This document shows positions 16,349 to 25,185 of a DNA stretch of 64,000 nucleotides, piece by piece. The DNA comes from an uncultured archaeon. GTDB lineage: Archaea; Thermoplasmatota; Thermoplasmata; Thermoplasmatales; Thermoplasmataceae. The stretch is taken from the NCBI GenBank assembly GCA_000965745.1, contig CP009479.1:1792001-1856000 (forward strand). Direction: 5' to 3'. The position numbers were made by a program, and so were the translations under genes. The first letter of the stretch is position 1, and each line of letters opens with the position of its first letter. Under the pieces are notes generated by a model. It was not told the origin of the DNA. It saw nothing but the letters and a program-made list of their open reading frames with translations, and made no database searches.

Positions 16349-17080
16349 TTGGCTGGGACTGGTCCAAAAGGGGAATTTTTCATAACCGGAAGGTTGGGTT
16401 CCAAGGATGATCAATTCAGGGGATCTTTTTCGGGAGACGGTGAGGTTGGCAGGTACGCCTTTGCAACTGCCTATCCTGATCAGCCGTTATCCGGGAAATG
16501 GGCTGAATCACTGGTGAGGTCATTCATCGGTTTCGAATACCCTGTGGAAAATAGCATTGATTTGGTAAAGGAGTTCCTCTCAGAGTCCAGGAAGATGTGG
16601 CTTGAATTACTGGACTGGGGCAACCTTAAATGGTATATCAGAAACAAATCAATGGATGGTGTTTATTCTTCCTTCTCCGGACTTTCAGTTGCATCCAGGG
16701 ATGGGTCAATCGAATGCAGGGGGTTTTCTTCAGGCTTTGACAGTTTTTTTGCCCTGGGCCCGTCAGATAAGATTTCCCGGATTGATTCTGCTGGCTCAGC
16801 ACCCGATATTCACGAATTCTGGAGTGGCTATCCTTCTTCAGCTTCACCTGTGTACAGGTGGGATGTTCCCCAGAATGTCTTTTTTAAGTGGATTGTCCCC
16901 ATAGATTCACGTATGGTCCTTGTAACCCCCAACGTATCGAGGTGGATCCTGAAAAATCCCGAAGTTAACCTGGTCACTGTCGTTAATAACAGCGACCCGG
17001 GAGTCCTGGTAAGGAATAAGATGAAGTCGGGGGATATAGATAACGCCGAATCAGTGGTTCTCCTTCTTGAAAGGCGATAG
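16349..17080 (+). CDS. PP2C-fold pseudophosphatase, paralogue of 24457..25185
   Basis: Aligns end to end with the TerY-associated PP2C (WAESLVRSF/WANALVKAF, WGNLKWYIRNK/WDSLKLFVKNK, WSGY/WSGY), but the metal-binding Asp motifs are replaced. Confidence 0.75.
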   Translation: MAGTGPKGEFFITGRLGSKDDQFRGSFSGDGEVGRYAFATAYPDQPLSGKWAESLVRSFIGFEYPVENSIDLVKEFLSESRKMWLELLDWGNLKWYIRNKSMDGVYSSFSGLSVASRDGSIECRGFSSGFDSFFALGPSDKISRIDSAGSAPDIHEFWSGYPSSASPVYRWDVPQNVFFKWIVPIDSRMVLVTPNVSRWILKNPEVNLVTVVNNSDPGVLVRNKMKSGDIDNAESVVLLLERR

Positions 17081-17089
17081 TTAGAGCCC

Positions 17090-18943
17090 TCAGAACCTGC
17101 TTCTCACCGCGTTCAATATGGAAATTGCGTCCACTATTTCCTGAATTACCGCTCCGACTGCAGGCTCAATATACCCAACGGATGCAATAATCATGAAGAA
17201 TATGCTTAACCCCATCCCGGCGAATATACTCTGTTTCACAATGTCAAGAGTTCTTCTTCCTATCTTTATGGCATCGCCAACCTTCAGGACGTCGTCCACA
17301 GATATTATGACGTCGGCAGTTTCAGAAGAGATCTCCGACCCCTTTGCCCCCATGGCTATCCCCACTGTGGCAGATGCCAGCGCAGGAGCATCATTAATTC
17401 CGTCACCAACCATAACAACCGACAGTCCATCTTCAAGGGACCTTCTGACATAATTGGTCTTGTCCTCAGGCTTCAGGTCTGCCTTGTAATCTGATATCCC
17501 GGCCTCGCGCGAGATCCTGAAGGCGTTTTGCTCATTATCCCCTGTAAGCAGAACCGTCTTAGTTATTCCGGCTTTCTTCAGATCCAGGATCATGTTTTTC
17601 ACCCCGCCCCTCAGCAAATCTGAAAAGAGGATCATCCCCGCAAGGCTGCGGCCAACAGAAATGAAGCTTGCAACCATCTCCCTGTTCTCAGCCATTATGT
17701 CCTCTATGACCGATAGTTTTCCATAATCGGGTGCAAGCTCCATGCAGTATGTGAGAGTGCCAACACGCACTATTTCTCCGTCCACTTCCGCCTGTGTCCC
17801 CATTCCCGGGGATTCTAGAAAATTTTCAGGAAGGGGGAGGTCACCGACCCTTTCCCTTGCATAATCAGTTATCTCAACCGCAAGGGGGTGTGAGGAAAAG
17901 CTCTCTGCTATACCAATTATCCTGATAAGATCGACCTCATGATATTTGTCTATAGGCATTATCCTGTTTATGACAGGTTTACCGTGAGTCAGTGTTCCAG
18001 TCTTGTCGAATATGACAGTATCGCATCTTCCGAGCTCTTCAAGCGGTGTCCCTCCTTTGATTATAATTCCTTTTTCTGCTGCCTTGTTAAGTCCTCCCAT
18101 CATGCCAATTGGTGTGGCAAGGATCAGGGGGCAAGGAGTAGCGACAACCAGGACAGACAATATGGTGAGTGTTTCTCCGGTAATAAGCCAGCCGATAAAT
18201 GCAACAGAAAGAGTGACTGGAATCAGCAGTGCACCATACCTGTCTGCTATCCTCTGCACGGGTGCCCGGTCCTGCTGAGCCTGTTTGACAAGCTCAACTA
18301 TTCTTGAGTACTCGCTTTCACCGCTCGTCCTGTCAGCCCTTATCTCTAGAGTGCGTGAAATGTTGATTGTTCCGCTCATAACCGTGTCGCCCCTCTCCTT
18401 TACAACCGGCATGGGTTCGCCGGTGATCGATGATTCATCGACTTCAGAGTACCCACTTGTCACGGTACCGTCAACTGGTATCATGTCACCCTGTCGAACT
18501 ATCAGGACATCATTGATCGCCACTTGCTCCGCCCCTATATCCAACACGGTCCCGTTCAATTTCCTGTGCGCCACTTTTGGCGTTCTCTCAAGCAATTTCC
18601 TCGTATCACTGGTTGCTCTCGAAAAGGCGTAGTTCTCGAGTGATTCACCGCCCGACTGCATCAGGACTATTATCGAGCCGGCAAATGCCTGGTCCATCAC
18701 GAGCGCTGCGATAATGGCCATCATTGCCACAACATCGACTGAGAATTTCCCGCGGAGAAGGTTTCTGATGGTCTTATAGGATAACGGAACACCGCCGACT
18801 AGGAGAACCGACAGCCATATGTACCTGCTAAGGAACGGATGGAAATCTAAGAGGATCAGAACGGAACCCGTTATTATGCCAGCTATGGCAAAAAATGGCA
18901 GTGGGTATTTTCTGACAGTTCCAGAAAGTTTCCCAGCACTCAT
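17090..18943 (-). CDS. Heavy-metal P1B-type ATPase (P1B-5-like)
   Basis: TGE, VATPCPLIL, DKTGTLT, SSHP, MVGDGINDAPALA, and QEIVD in the last TM; no N-terminal metal-binding domain. Confidence 0.92.
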   Translation of the reverse strand: MSAGKLSGTVRKYPLPFFAIAGIITGSVLILLDFHPFLSRYIWLSVLLVGGVPLSYKTIRNLLRGKFSVDVVAMMAIIAALVMDQAFAGSIIVLMQSGGESLENYAFSRATSDTRKLLERTPKVAHRKLNGTVLDIGAEQVAINDVLIVRQGDMIPVDGTVTSGYSEVDESSITGEPMPVVKERGDTVMSGTINISRTLEIRADRTSGESEYSRIVELVKQAQQDRAPVQRIADRYGALLIPVTLSVAFIGWLITGETLTILSVLVVATPCPLILATPIGMMGGLNKAAEKGIIIKGGTPLEELGRCDTVIFDKTGTLTHGKPVINRIMPIDKYHEVDLIRIIGIAESFSSHPLAVEITDYARERVGDLPLPENFLESPGMGTQAEVDGEIVRVGTLTYCMELAPDYGKLSVIEDIMAENREMVASFISVGRSLAGMILFSDLLRGGVKNMILDLKKAGITKTVLLTGDNEQNAFRISREAGISDYKADLKPEDKTNYVRRSLEDGLSVVMVGDGINDAPALASATVGIAMGAKGSEISSETADVIISVDDVLKVGDAIKIGRRTLDIVKQSIFAGMGLSIFFMIIASVGYIEPAVGAVIQEIVDAISILNAVRSRF

Positions 18944-19090
18944 TTACATGTCCCCGCATAAAGCCTATGGAATCATGTTCATGTAATTTATTCAGGCATT
19001 GCGTTAAAATAACCATCTGCTGTTCATACTAATAATACACGCCTAACAGATTATATTTTAAAATATTAATGATGTTCCCGCTATTATATT

Positions 19091-19855
19091 ATGGGAGATA
19101 CTCTAAGTGATAAGATTGCAGTTATTACTGGGGCTGGCTCCGGCATAGGACGGGAGATGGCAATTCTATTCCATGCCGAAGGGGCAAAAGTAGTGATTGT
19201 GGATATAGACGGAGAAAGGCTCAAGGAAACTGCCTCCTTATTGCATACAGATGATGAGGGAGTCCGTTCCATGACGCTGGACCTCATGAAGCCGGAGAAT
19301 ACAAAGAAGATGATAGACGACACTGTAAAGGCGTACGGGAGAATAAACATCCTGTGCAATAATGCAGGAATCATGGATGGCGTCAAGGCAGCGGCTGAGA
19401 CCTCAGATGAATTATGGGGCAAAGTCTTTGATATCAACGTTAACGCACCGTTCAGGGCGATCAGGGAAGTGATACCGCACATGCAGAACCAGGGCCATGG
19501 GGTCATTCTCAATACAGGGTCCATTGCAGGCCTGCATGGCGGGCGGGCAGGTGCGGCCTACACCGCTTCAAAGCATGCACTGCTTGGGCTTACAAAACAC
19601 ACAGCTGCCTTCTATGGCCCGGAGGGCATAAGATGCAACGCAATGGCCCTGGGGGCTGTGGAAACGAATATAGGGTACGGAGCCGAGAAACCATCTGAAG
19701 TCGGAATCCAGGTGATGCAGAAGACATTTCCAGCTATGCCTGCCCCGGCCAATCCGAAAGAGATTGCAAGGCTTGCATTGTTTTTGGTGTCAGATCAGTC
19801 ATCGTACGTCAACGGATCTATTGTCGTCGCAGATGGCGGTTGGACTTCCTACTGA
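19091..19855 (+). CDS. Short-chain dehydrogenase/reductase
   Basis: TGAGSGIG, NNAG, YTASK. Confidence 0.95.
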   Translation: MGDTLSDKIAVITGAGSGIGREMAILFHAEGAKVVIVDIDGERLKETASLLHTDDEGVRSMTLDLMKPENTKKMIDDTVKAYGRINILCNNAGIMDGVKAAAETSDELWGKVFDINVNAPFRAIREVIPHMQNQGHGVILNTGSIAGLHGGRAGAAYTASKHALLGLTKHTAAFYGPEGIRCNAMALGAVETNIGYGAEKPSEVGIQVMQKTFPAMPAPANPKEIARLALFLVSDQSSYVNGSIVVADGGWTSY

Positions 19856-19943
19856 CACTGGGCTGGTTTCAAATCAGCCACACCACTCATTTTTGACTGC
19901 ACTAATAATCTCTGGTACAACAGGGCAGATCCTAGATGTTATA

Positions 19944-19968
19944 AAAAAGTAAAAATAAAAAAAAAAAT
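19944..19968 (-). terminator. Oligo-T tract, probable archaeal intrinsic terminator of the SBP gene
   Basis: Long A-run on the + strand (T-run on the - strand) immediately after the 19976 stop. Confidence 0.5.
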
Positions 19969-19975
19969 ATACGGC

Positions 19976-22900
19976 TCATGTCGTGCTGTATGACAACAGG
20001 TTGTATAGCAACAGATATGTGTCGGCGATCATTGTATTCCCCTGGTAGTTGGTCATATCACTGCTGCTGATCTTTGAACTTATTGTCCAGTGGTTGTGCT
20101 GCTGCCCGATATACACACGCATTGTAGTGTTTACGGCCAGACCGTTTGTTACATGGAACCATTTCTTTGCCAGCGCTGGATTTGTCGAATTATCCGTTCC
20201 GTTGTTGTATGCGCTGATTATCTGCCCCATTTGCGCAGCCTCTGTCGTGTTGTGTATGTAAGCAGACATGTTCCCGACAAAATACGGCGTAAACTGGTCT
20301 GCGCCCATGAAGAGAGACCCGTTCGTTGGGAGGCTCAGCGGGAGCAGGTAATCCGTTGGGTATGGGTAGTCTGGGTACCATGCGGCCCATCCGACCGGCA
20401 TCGGGTTCTGGTTCTGTGCAGTATACGCAATCACGTCAGTAAATGGTATGCTTATCACAGGGAAACTGGCACCCGGCATTATCTGGGCAAGGTCCTTGCT
20501 CCATGTGGTGGCGCCGGCAAGCACGCTCGGGTAATTCGTTGGCACAAAGAGCGGGACAACAAGCTGCTTGTTGTTGTAAAGCACTTTACCGTTGGAATAC
20601 GTAACATTCATTAAATTTCCAACGTCAGTCTGGCCAGCAGTGGAGGTCCCATGCAGGAAGTAGTTCAGGTATTTCTTCGCCTGGCTGATCTGGAATGGCT
20701 CTTTGCCATTTGCGTTGATCACTGGGGTTCCTGAGCTGATCATCTGCTGCTCTGTCTGGTTATACAGCATTCCTGGCGGAAGCATTCCCACATACGGCGA
20801 GAAGAACGTTGTATTGTATATCTTGTTCCCAACCTGGTAGTCGAAATACTCAGAATAGTTGAATGCGTATGAGAAGGCTTTCCTGACATTGGGGTTCATG
20901 AAGAACGATGCCGGGAGGTTAGCCTGCGAATATATCGAGTGCAGAATTGAAGTATTCACAAACAGGTTGTATGTGAAGAAATATATTCCAAGGGTCGAGA
21001 AGCCGTAGGTGCTCAGCTGGCCACTGTTTACCATGTCCTGTGTCTGGTTCCAGTACTGTGTCGAAAGGACTGCGTTCTGTGCCTGTCCCGACTTCAGCAG
21101 TAGATATGCCTGCTGGTTCGAGGACGAATAGAGTATGTTTATCCTGCTGATTGAAGGTGTCGGGTACCAAGGCCCGGGTGAAACAAAGTCCGGGTTTGCT
21201 GCGAGCGTGACCTGTGATCCGGGCACAATGTATGAAATCTTGTAAGGACCGTCTGGCATCACGTGATTCTGCACGTATATGTTGTAGTTTGCCTGGTTTC
21301 CATACGCCTTGTAATCCTGGAATCCCTTTGGTGTCCAGTTAATTCCCGCACCGTGGGCTTCAAGCCACTTGGCATCCATTATTGAGGTTCCCGGGCCTTC
21401 AAATATCTGATAGACAAGTTCCTGGGACATTGGAGTCTGGAAATGGAACGTTATGCTGTTGGTTGAATTGTCTACTGTCATGTTCTGCGTTATGTTGTAG
21501 AATGTGTTTGACACGTACAGGTTACCCGGAAGCAGGTACTGGGCAATGATCCATCCCGGGGTTCCCGGGGACCCGGCAGCAAACAGTATGTCCCTTGTAA
21601 GGGAATACATCACGTCCCACGCAGTGGTATTGTCACCATTGGCGAATTTTGTATTGTTGTTGATGTAGAATGTGTAATTCGTGCCGGGAGCAACTGTATA
21701 ATTGTACTTTACGCCTGAAGGTGTTGTTAGCTGGTTAGGCTGACCCGGATTGGTGGACGAATTCTGCCAGTTGGTGTTCACGCCTCCGTTGGATGCTGAA
21801 GGGAGCTTGGCCGCAAGAAGCGGTATGAAGCTGCTTGTTGATGTGCCGTTGTATGTGTCGAGTGGCAGCAGGGTATTGTAGAGAATTTCGGAATCTGCTG
21901 TGTAATAAGCTACTGCAGGGTCTAGCGTGTTGTATCCGCCCGAATATTGTGGTTCTGCATTTGTGAATGAGGTGGATGTTGCTGTCTGCTGGCTCACCGA
22001 TGACACCACGGGGAAGTCTATGAAGTAAGTTGTTGTTATTGTCCTGGAGCTGTCATACTGCCCATTGTTGAGCGGTATGGTAGTAGTGCCTTCCAGCGTG
22101 TATGTCACACTGACATTGCTTGCAGCACTGATGAATTTTATGACTGTTCCATTGTCCACTGTCACGCTCGTGTTCGCCCCGTAGAACAGGGATGTTGTAT
22201 GGGTGTCATTGAGCTGAGTAGTAGTCTTCGTGTTGAAGGTGAGGTTTGTGCCCTTGACAAGTGAAAGTTCAGTTGACGCATTCAGGGTGGCCGTGTTTCC
22301 GGCTGTTACCTGAAATGTTGTGCCTGTCTCATTCTTGTAGGTTACAGTCCCGTTTTCAACGGTTATGTTTGCCATAGTTCCCAGATACAAGGTTGACGGA
22401 GTTGTGTAATTGACACCGGAACCAGCGGCATAGGTTACATTTGTCCTCAAAAACTGCATTTCTGCCATTGAGATATTGGCAAGCCTTGTTCCTGATGCTG
22501 CTGTATAATTCTGGTTGGCTGTGAAGTTCATGACAACATTCTTCTGCACAGTTGTGACAACAGTCTGTGTTGTATTCACCGGAGCTGTTGTTGTGTTTAC
22601 CTCAAGGGAATATATGCCTGTTTTGAGGCCACCGTAAGCGACGCTCTGTATCGGTATTACATATCCTTTGCTCTGGAGATTGTACACATAGGGGACGTTC
22701 TGCTGGGATACGGTGGAAGTACTGTTCGACATCGTAAGTGTCTGTTCAACTATCTGGTAGCTTCCACCACCAACAGCTGGAAGGAAGTCAAGCACCGTGT
22801 GCGAGCCCGGGGTGAATATGTTGGACAGGTTGTTGACTAGTTGCGGTGATGAACTTATTGGATCAACAGAGAGTGACCTGTATGCATACTGGGCATTTGG

Positions 22901-23344
22901 AAAGTCCGGATTGACTTTAACAGGTTCCATGAAGTAACCCTGGCTGGAGCCATAATTGATGTCTGCAAATATGTAATACTCGCCCGGGTTCTTGTAGACA
23001 TGTTTCACCTGGAGAGTATTGCTGCCGCTGTAGCTTAATAGCTCACTGGTGCCGTCTCCAAAATATACTGTTGCATTCTGGAAAGTCTTTGTTGCTGTTA
23101 TGTTCGTTGTGTATGTGCTGTTCTGGTTGATTGCGCCTAGCTGGCTTGACAGGGTTGCACTGGGGGGGCTGCTCTGTGGAGCAGTGTAATGTGTCGCAAG
23201 CACACCACCCAGAACACCGATCACTGCCAGAAGTGCAATTATAACAGCAATCCACTTACCCGAAGATTTGCCTCCAGCAGGCCTTTTCACAGGCCCCACG
23301 GAAGGCTCTACGGAGTTTTTTTCGTTATTTTCTTTGCCGTTCAA
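19976..23344 (-). CDS. Large membrane-anchored ABC family-5 (OppA/DppA-like) solute-binding protein with PKD domain
   Basis: N-terminal TM, PKD motif VYFGDGT..HVYKNPGEY, TLDPAVAY, FANGD..TAWDVMYSL, GPYKI, NVRKAFSYAFN, WYPDYP; many N-x-S/T sequons. Confidence 0.88.
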   Translation of the reverse strand: MNGKENNEKNSVEPSVGPVKRPAGGKSSGKWIAVIIALLAVIGVLGGVLATHYTAPQSSPPSATLSSQLGAINQNSTYTTNITATKTFQNATVYFGDGTSELLSYSGSNTLQVKHVYKNPGEYYIFADINYGSSQGYFMEPVKVNPDFPNAQYAYRSLSVDPISSSPQLVNNLSNIFTPGSHTVLDFLPAVGGGSYQIVEQTLTMSNSTSTVSQQNVPYVYNLQSKGYVIPIQSVAYGGLKTGIYSLEVNTTTAPVNTTQTVVTTVQKNVVMNFTANQNYTAASGTRLANISMAEMQFLRTNVTYAAGSGVNYTTPSTLYLGTMANITVENGTVTYKNETGTTFQVTAGNTATLNASTELSLVKGTNLTFNTKTTTQLNDTHTTSLFYGANTSVTVDNGTVIKFISAASNVSVTYTLEGTTTIPLNNGQYDSSRTITTTYFIDFPVVSSVSQQTATSTSFTNAEPQYSGGYNTLDPAVAYYTADSEILYNTLLPLDTYNGTSTSSFIPLLAAKLPSASNGGVNTNWQNSSTNPGQPNQLTTPSGVKYNYTVAPGTNYTFYINNNTKFANGDNTTAWDVMYSLTRDILFAAGSPGTPGWIIAQYLLPGNLYVSNTFYNITQNMTVDNSTNSITFHFQTPMSQELVYQIFEGPGTSIMDAKWLEAHGAGINWTPKGFQDYKAYGNQANYNIYVQNHVMPDGPYKISYIVPGSQVTLAANPDFVSPGPWYPTPSISRINILYSSSNQQAYLLLKSGQAQNAVLSTQYWNQTQDMVNSGQLSTYGFSTLGIYFFTYNLFVNTSILHSIYSQANLPASFFMNPNVRKAFSYAFNYSEYFDYQVGNKIYNTTFFSPYVGMLPPGMLYNQTEQQMISSGTPVINANGKEPFQISQAKKYLNYFLHGTSTAGQTDVGNLMNVTYSNGKVLYNNKQLVVPLFVPTNYPSVLAGATTWSKDLAQIMPGASFPVISIPFTDVIAYTAQNQNPMPVGWAAWYPDYPYPTDYLLPLSLPTNGSLFMGADQFTPYFVGNMSAYIHNTTEAAQMGQIISAYNNGTDNSTNPALAKKWFHVTNGLAVNTTMRVYIGQQHNHWTISSKISSSDMTNYQGNTMIADTYLLLYNLLSYSTT

Positions 23345-23502
23345 GATAATTTTCCTCCATTAGAATTGAACATTGTTCGCACGTCGCATGCGAAACGTAC
23401 TAGTTAAATCTTTACTTCTCAATCCGGTTTTACAAAGGTTTTCCTGGAAGATTCATAGACATGTAGCACTATTATTATTTTCTTCTAATGTTTTTCATTC
23501 AA

Positions 23503-23513
23503 TTGTCAGACAA
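23503..23513. promoter_or_regulatory. Palindrome TTGTCAGACAA, candidate operator
   Basis: Perfect 5-1-5 inverted repeat in the SBP/vWA divergent intergenic region. Confidence 0.45.
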
Positions 23514-23590
23514 CACAGTTACCCGAGCTCACGAACTTGATAGATTGCAGCCTTGAAGCTAAATGTAATTATATTTTGCCTAAAATAAAT

Positions 23591-23601
23591 CTGTCTGACA
23601 G
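23591..23601. promoter_or_regulatory. Palindrome CTGTCTGACAG, candidate operator just upstream of the TATA-like box of the vWA gene
   Basis: Perfect 5-1-5 inverted repeat, followed by ATTATAT about 25 nt before the ATG. Confidence 0.45.
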
Positions 23602-23635
23602 CTAAGATTATATTGTTTCATTATTATGGGGTCGC

Positions 23636-24460
23636 ATGACCTATTCATCCGAAATAAGCAGGAAGAATCCTGGACTATTCATTTTTCTCATAGACCAGTC
23701 TAGATCGATGAGCCACAAGATTGGCGGCAGCGACAGGTCGAAAGCGATAGAAGCTGCTGATGCAATAAACAGGCAGTTGAACGAATTGATTAACAGATGC
23801 ACCAAATCCGAAGGAATCAGAGATTACTTTGAAATCGGCATCATAGGATATGGGGGTGCAAGAGGACAGGCGTTCTCACTTCTCAAGGATTCGACTCTTG
23901 TGCCGATCAGCGAACTTGAGTCCAGAATACTCAAAATGGAAAACAGGACACAGGTAATAGAAGACCAGGAGGTCGAATACGAACTGCCGATATGGTTTGA
24001 ACCCATTGCCGCAAGCGATACTCCAATGGTCAAGGGCCTTCAGTTGGCTGAGGAATGGGCCAAAGACTGGGCTGCAGAGCATCCTGAATCATTCCCGCCC
24101 ATAATTATAAACATTTCTGACGGGGAAGCTACAGATGGCAACCCAATGGACGTAGCGGGCAACATTTTCTCAATATCCACTTCAGATGGAGATGCAATGA
24201 TCTGGAACTGCCACCTTTCAAGCAACAAAATTGAGCCAGTTTCTTTTCCAAACGACTCATCCAGCCTTCCTGAGGACAGGTACGCCCAGACCATGTTCCA
24301 GATGTCCAGCACACTGCCGGACAACATGGTTGCCATTGCCAGAGAGGAATATACTGATGTTGAGGATGGTGCCAAGGGCTACGTATTTAACGCCCAGCTC
24401 GAGGACCTGATCAAACTTCTGGACATAGGAACAAGAGCAGTTTCCTCGCTGATGCGATGA
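23636..24460 (+). CDS. von Willebrand factor A (TerY-like) protein
   Basis: MIDAS DQSRSM, TPM, INISDGEATDG; N-terminal YSSEISRKNP typical of triad-associated vWA proteins. Confidence 0.88.
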   Translation: MTYSSEISRKNPGLFIFLIDQSRSMSHKIGGSDRSKAIEAADAINRQLNELINRCTKSEGIRDYFEIGIIGYGGARGQAFSLLKDSTLVPISELESRILKMENRTQVIEDQEVEYELPIWFEPIAASDTPMVKGLQLAEEWAKDWAAEHPESFPPIIINISDGEATDGNPMDVAGNIFSISTSDGDAMIWNCHLSSNKIEPVSFPNDSSSLPEDRYAQTMFQMSSTLPDNMVAIAREEYTDVEDGAKGYVFNAQLEDLIKLLDIGTRAVSSLMR

Positions 24461-25185
24461 TTTCCGTAAAGGAATTTCATCGCCCCAAACTGGGTAACAG
24501 CGATGATGAGTACGAAGATGCCTTTGCATGCAACTTTAAGAACAGGAGATTCGCCATAGCTGATGGTGCAAGCGACTCAATTTTTTCCAGTATATGGGCT
24601 AATGCCCTCGTTAAGGCGTTTTCAGACTCAACTCTTCCATTTTCCAGGGAAAGTGCCTTTCTGAGGAATATAATCTATATGGCCAGAAAGACCTGGTACA
24701 ATAATATCGAATGGGATTCCCTTAAGCTCTTTGTCAAGAACAAGGCACTCAAGGGGTCTTTTTCAACCTTCCTTGGTGTGCAGATAGACCCTTCAGGGCT
24801 CAACTACCATTACAGGGCAATAGCAGTCGGGGATTCATGCCTCTTCCTCAGGAACAATGATGATATCACAGGTTTCCCGATAAATGACCCTTCTAAGTTC
24901 AATATCACTCCAAAACTTATATGGAGTGGCTATGGAAGTCCGTTTCCTGAGGACTACAACACAAAACTTCCAGAGATAAAATACTACGAGGGCAAGATAA
25001 AGCCCGGCGAACAGATGCTTATGGCCACCGATGCCATTTCAAAATGGGTGCTTGAAAACTCTCCAAAGTCATTTGACCGGCTCTGCAGGATGGATGACCC
25101 TTACAGGTTCATTACGGGAATGCTTGAGGCCAGGGAGCTGAGAAATGATGATGTCACATTTTCCGCCATCACTTTAGAGATGTGA
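24457..25185 (+). CDS. PP2C-family protein phosphatase (TerY-P triad type)
   Basis: EDA, AIADGAS, VGDSC, MATDA, NDDVT motifs; ATGA overlap with the vWA gene. Confidence 0.9.
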   Translation: MISVKEFHRPKLGNSDDEYEDAFACNFKNRRFAIADGASDSIFSSIWANALVKAFSDSTLPFSRESAFLRNIIYMARKTWYNNIEWDSLKLFVKNKALKGSFSTFLGVQIDPSGLNYHYRAIAVGDSCLFLRNNDDITGFPINDPSKFNITPKLIWSGYGSPFPEDYNTKLPEIKYYEGKIKPGEQMLMATDAISKWVLENSPKSFDRLCRMDDPYRFITGMLEARELRNDDVTFSAITLEM

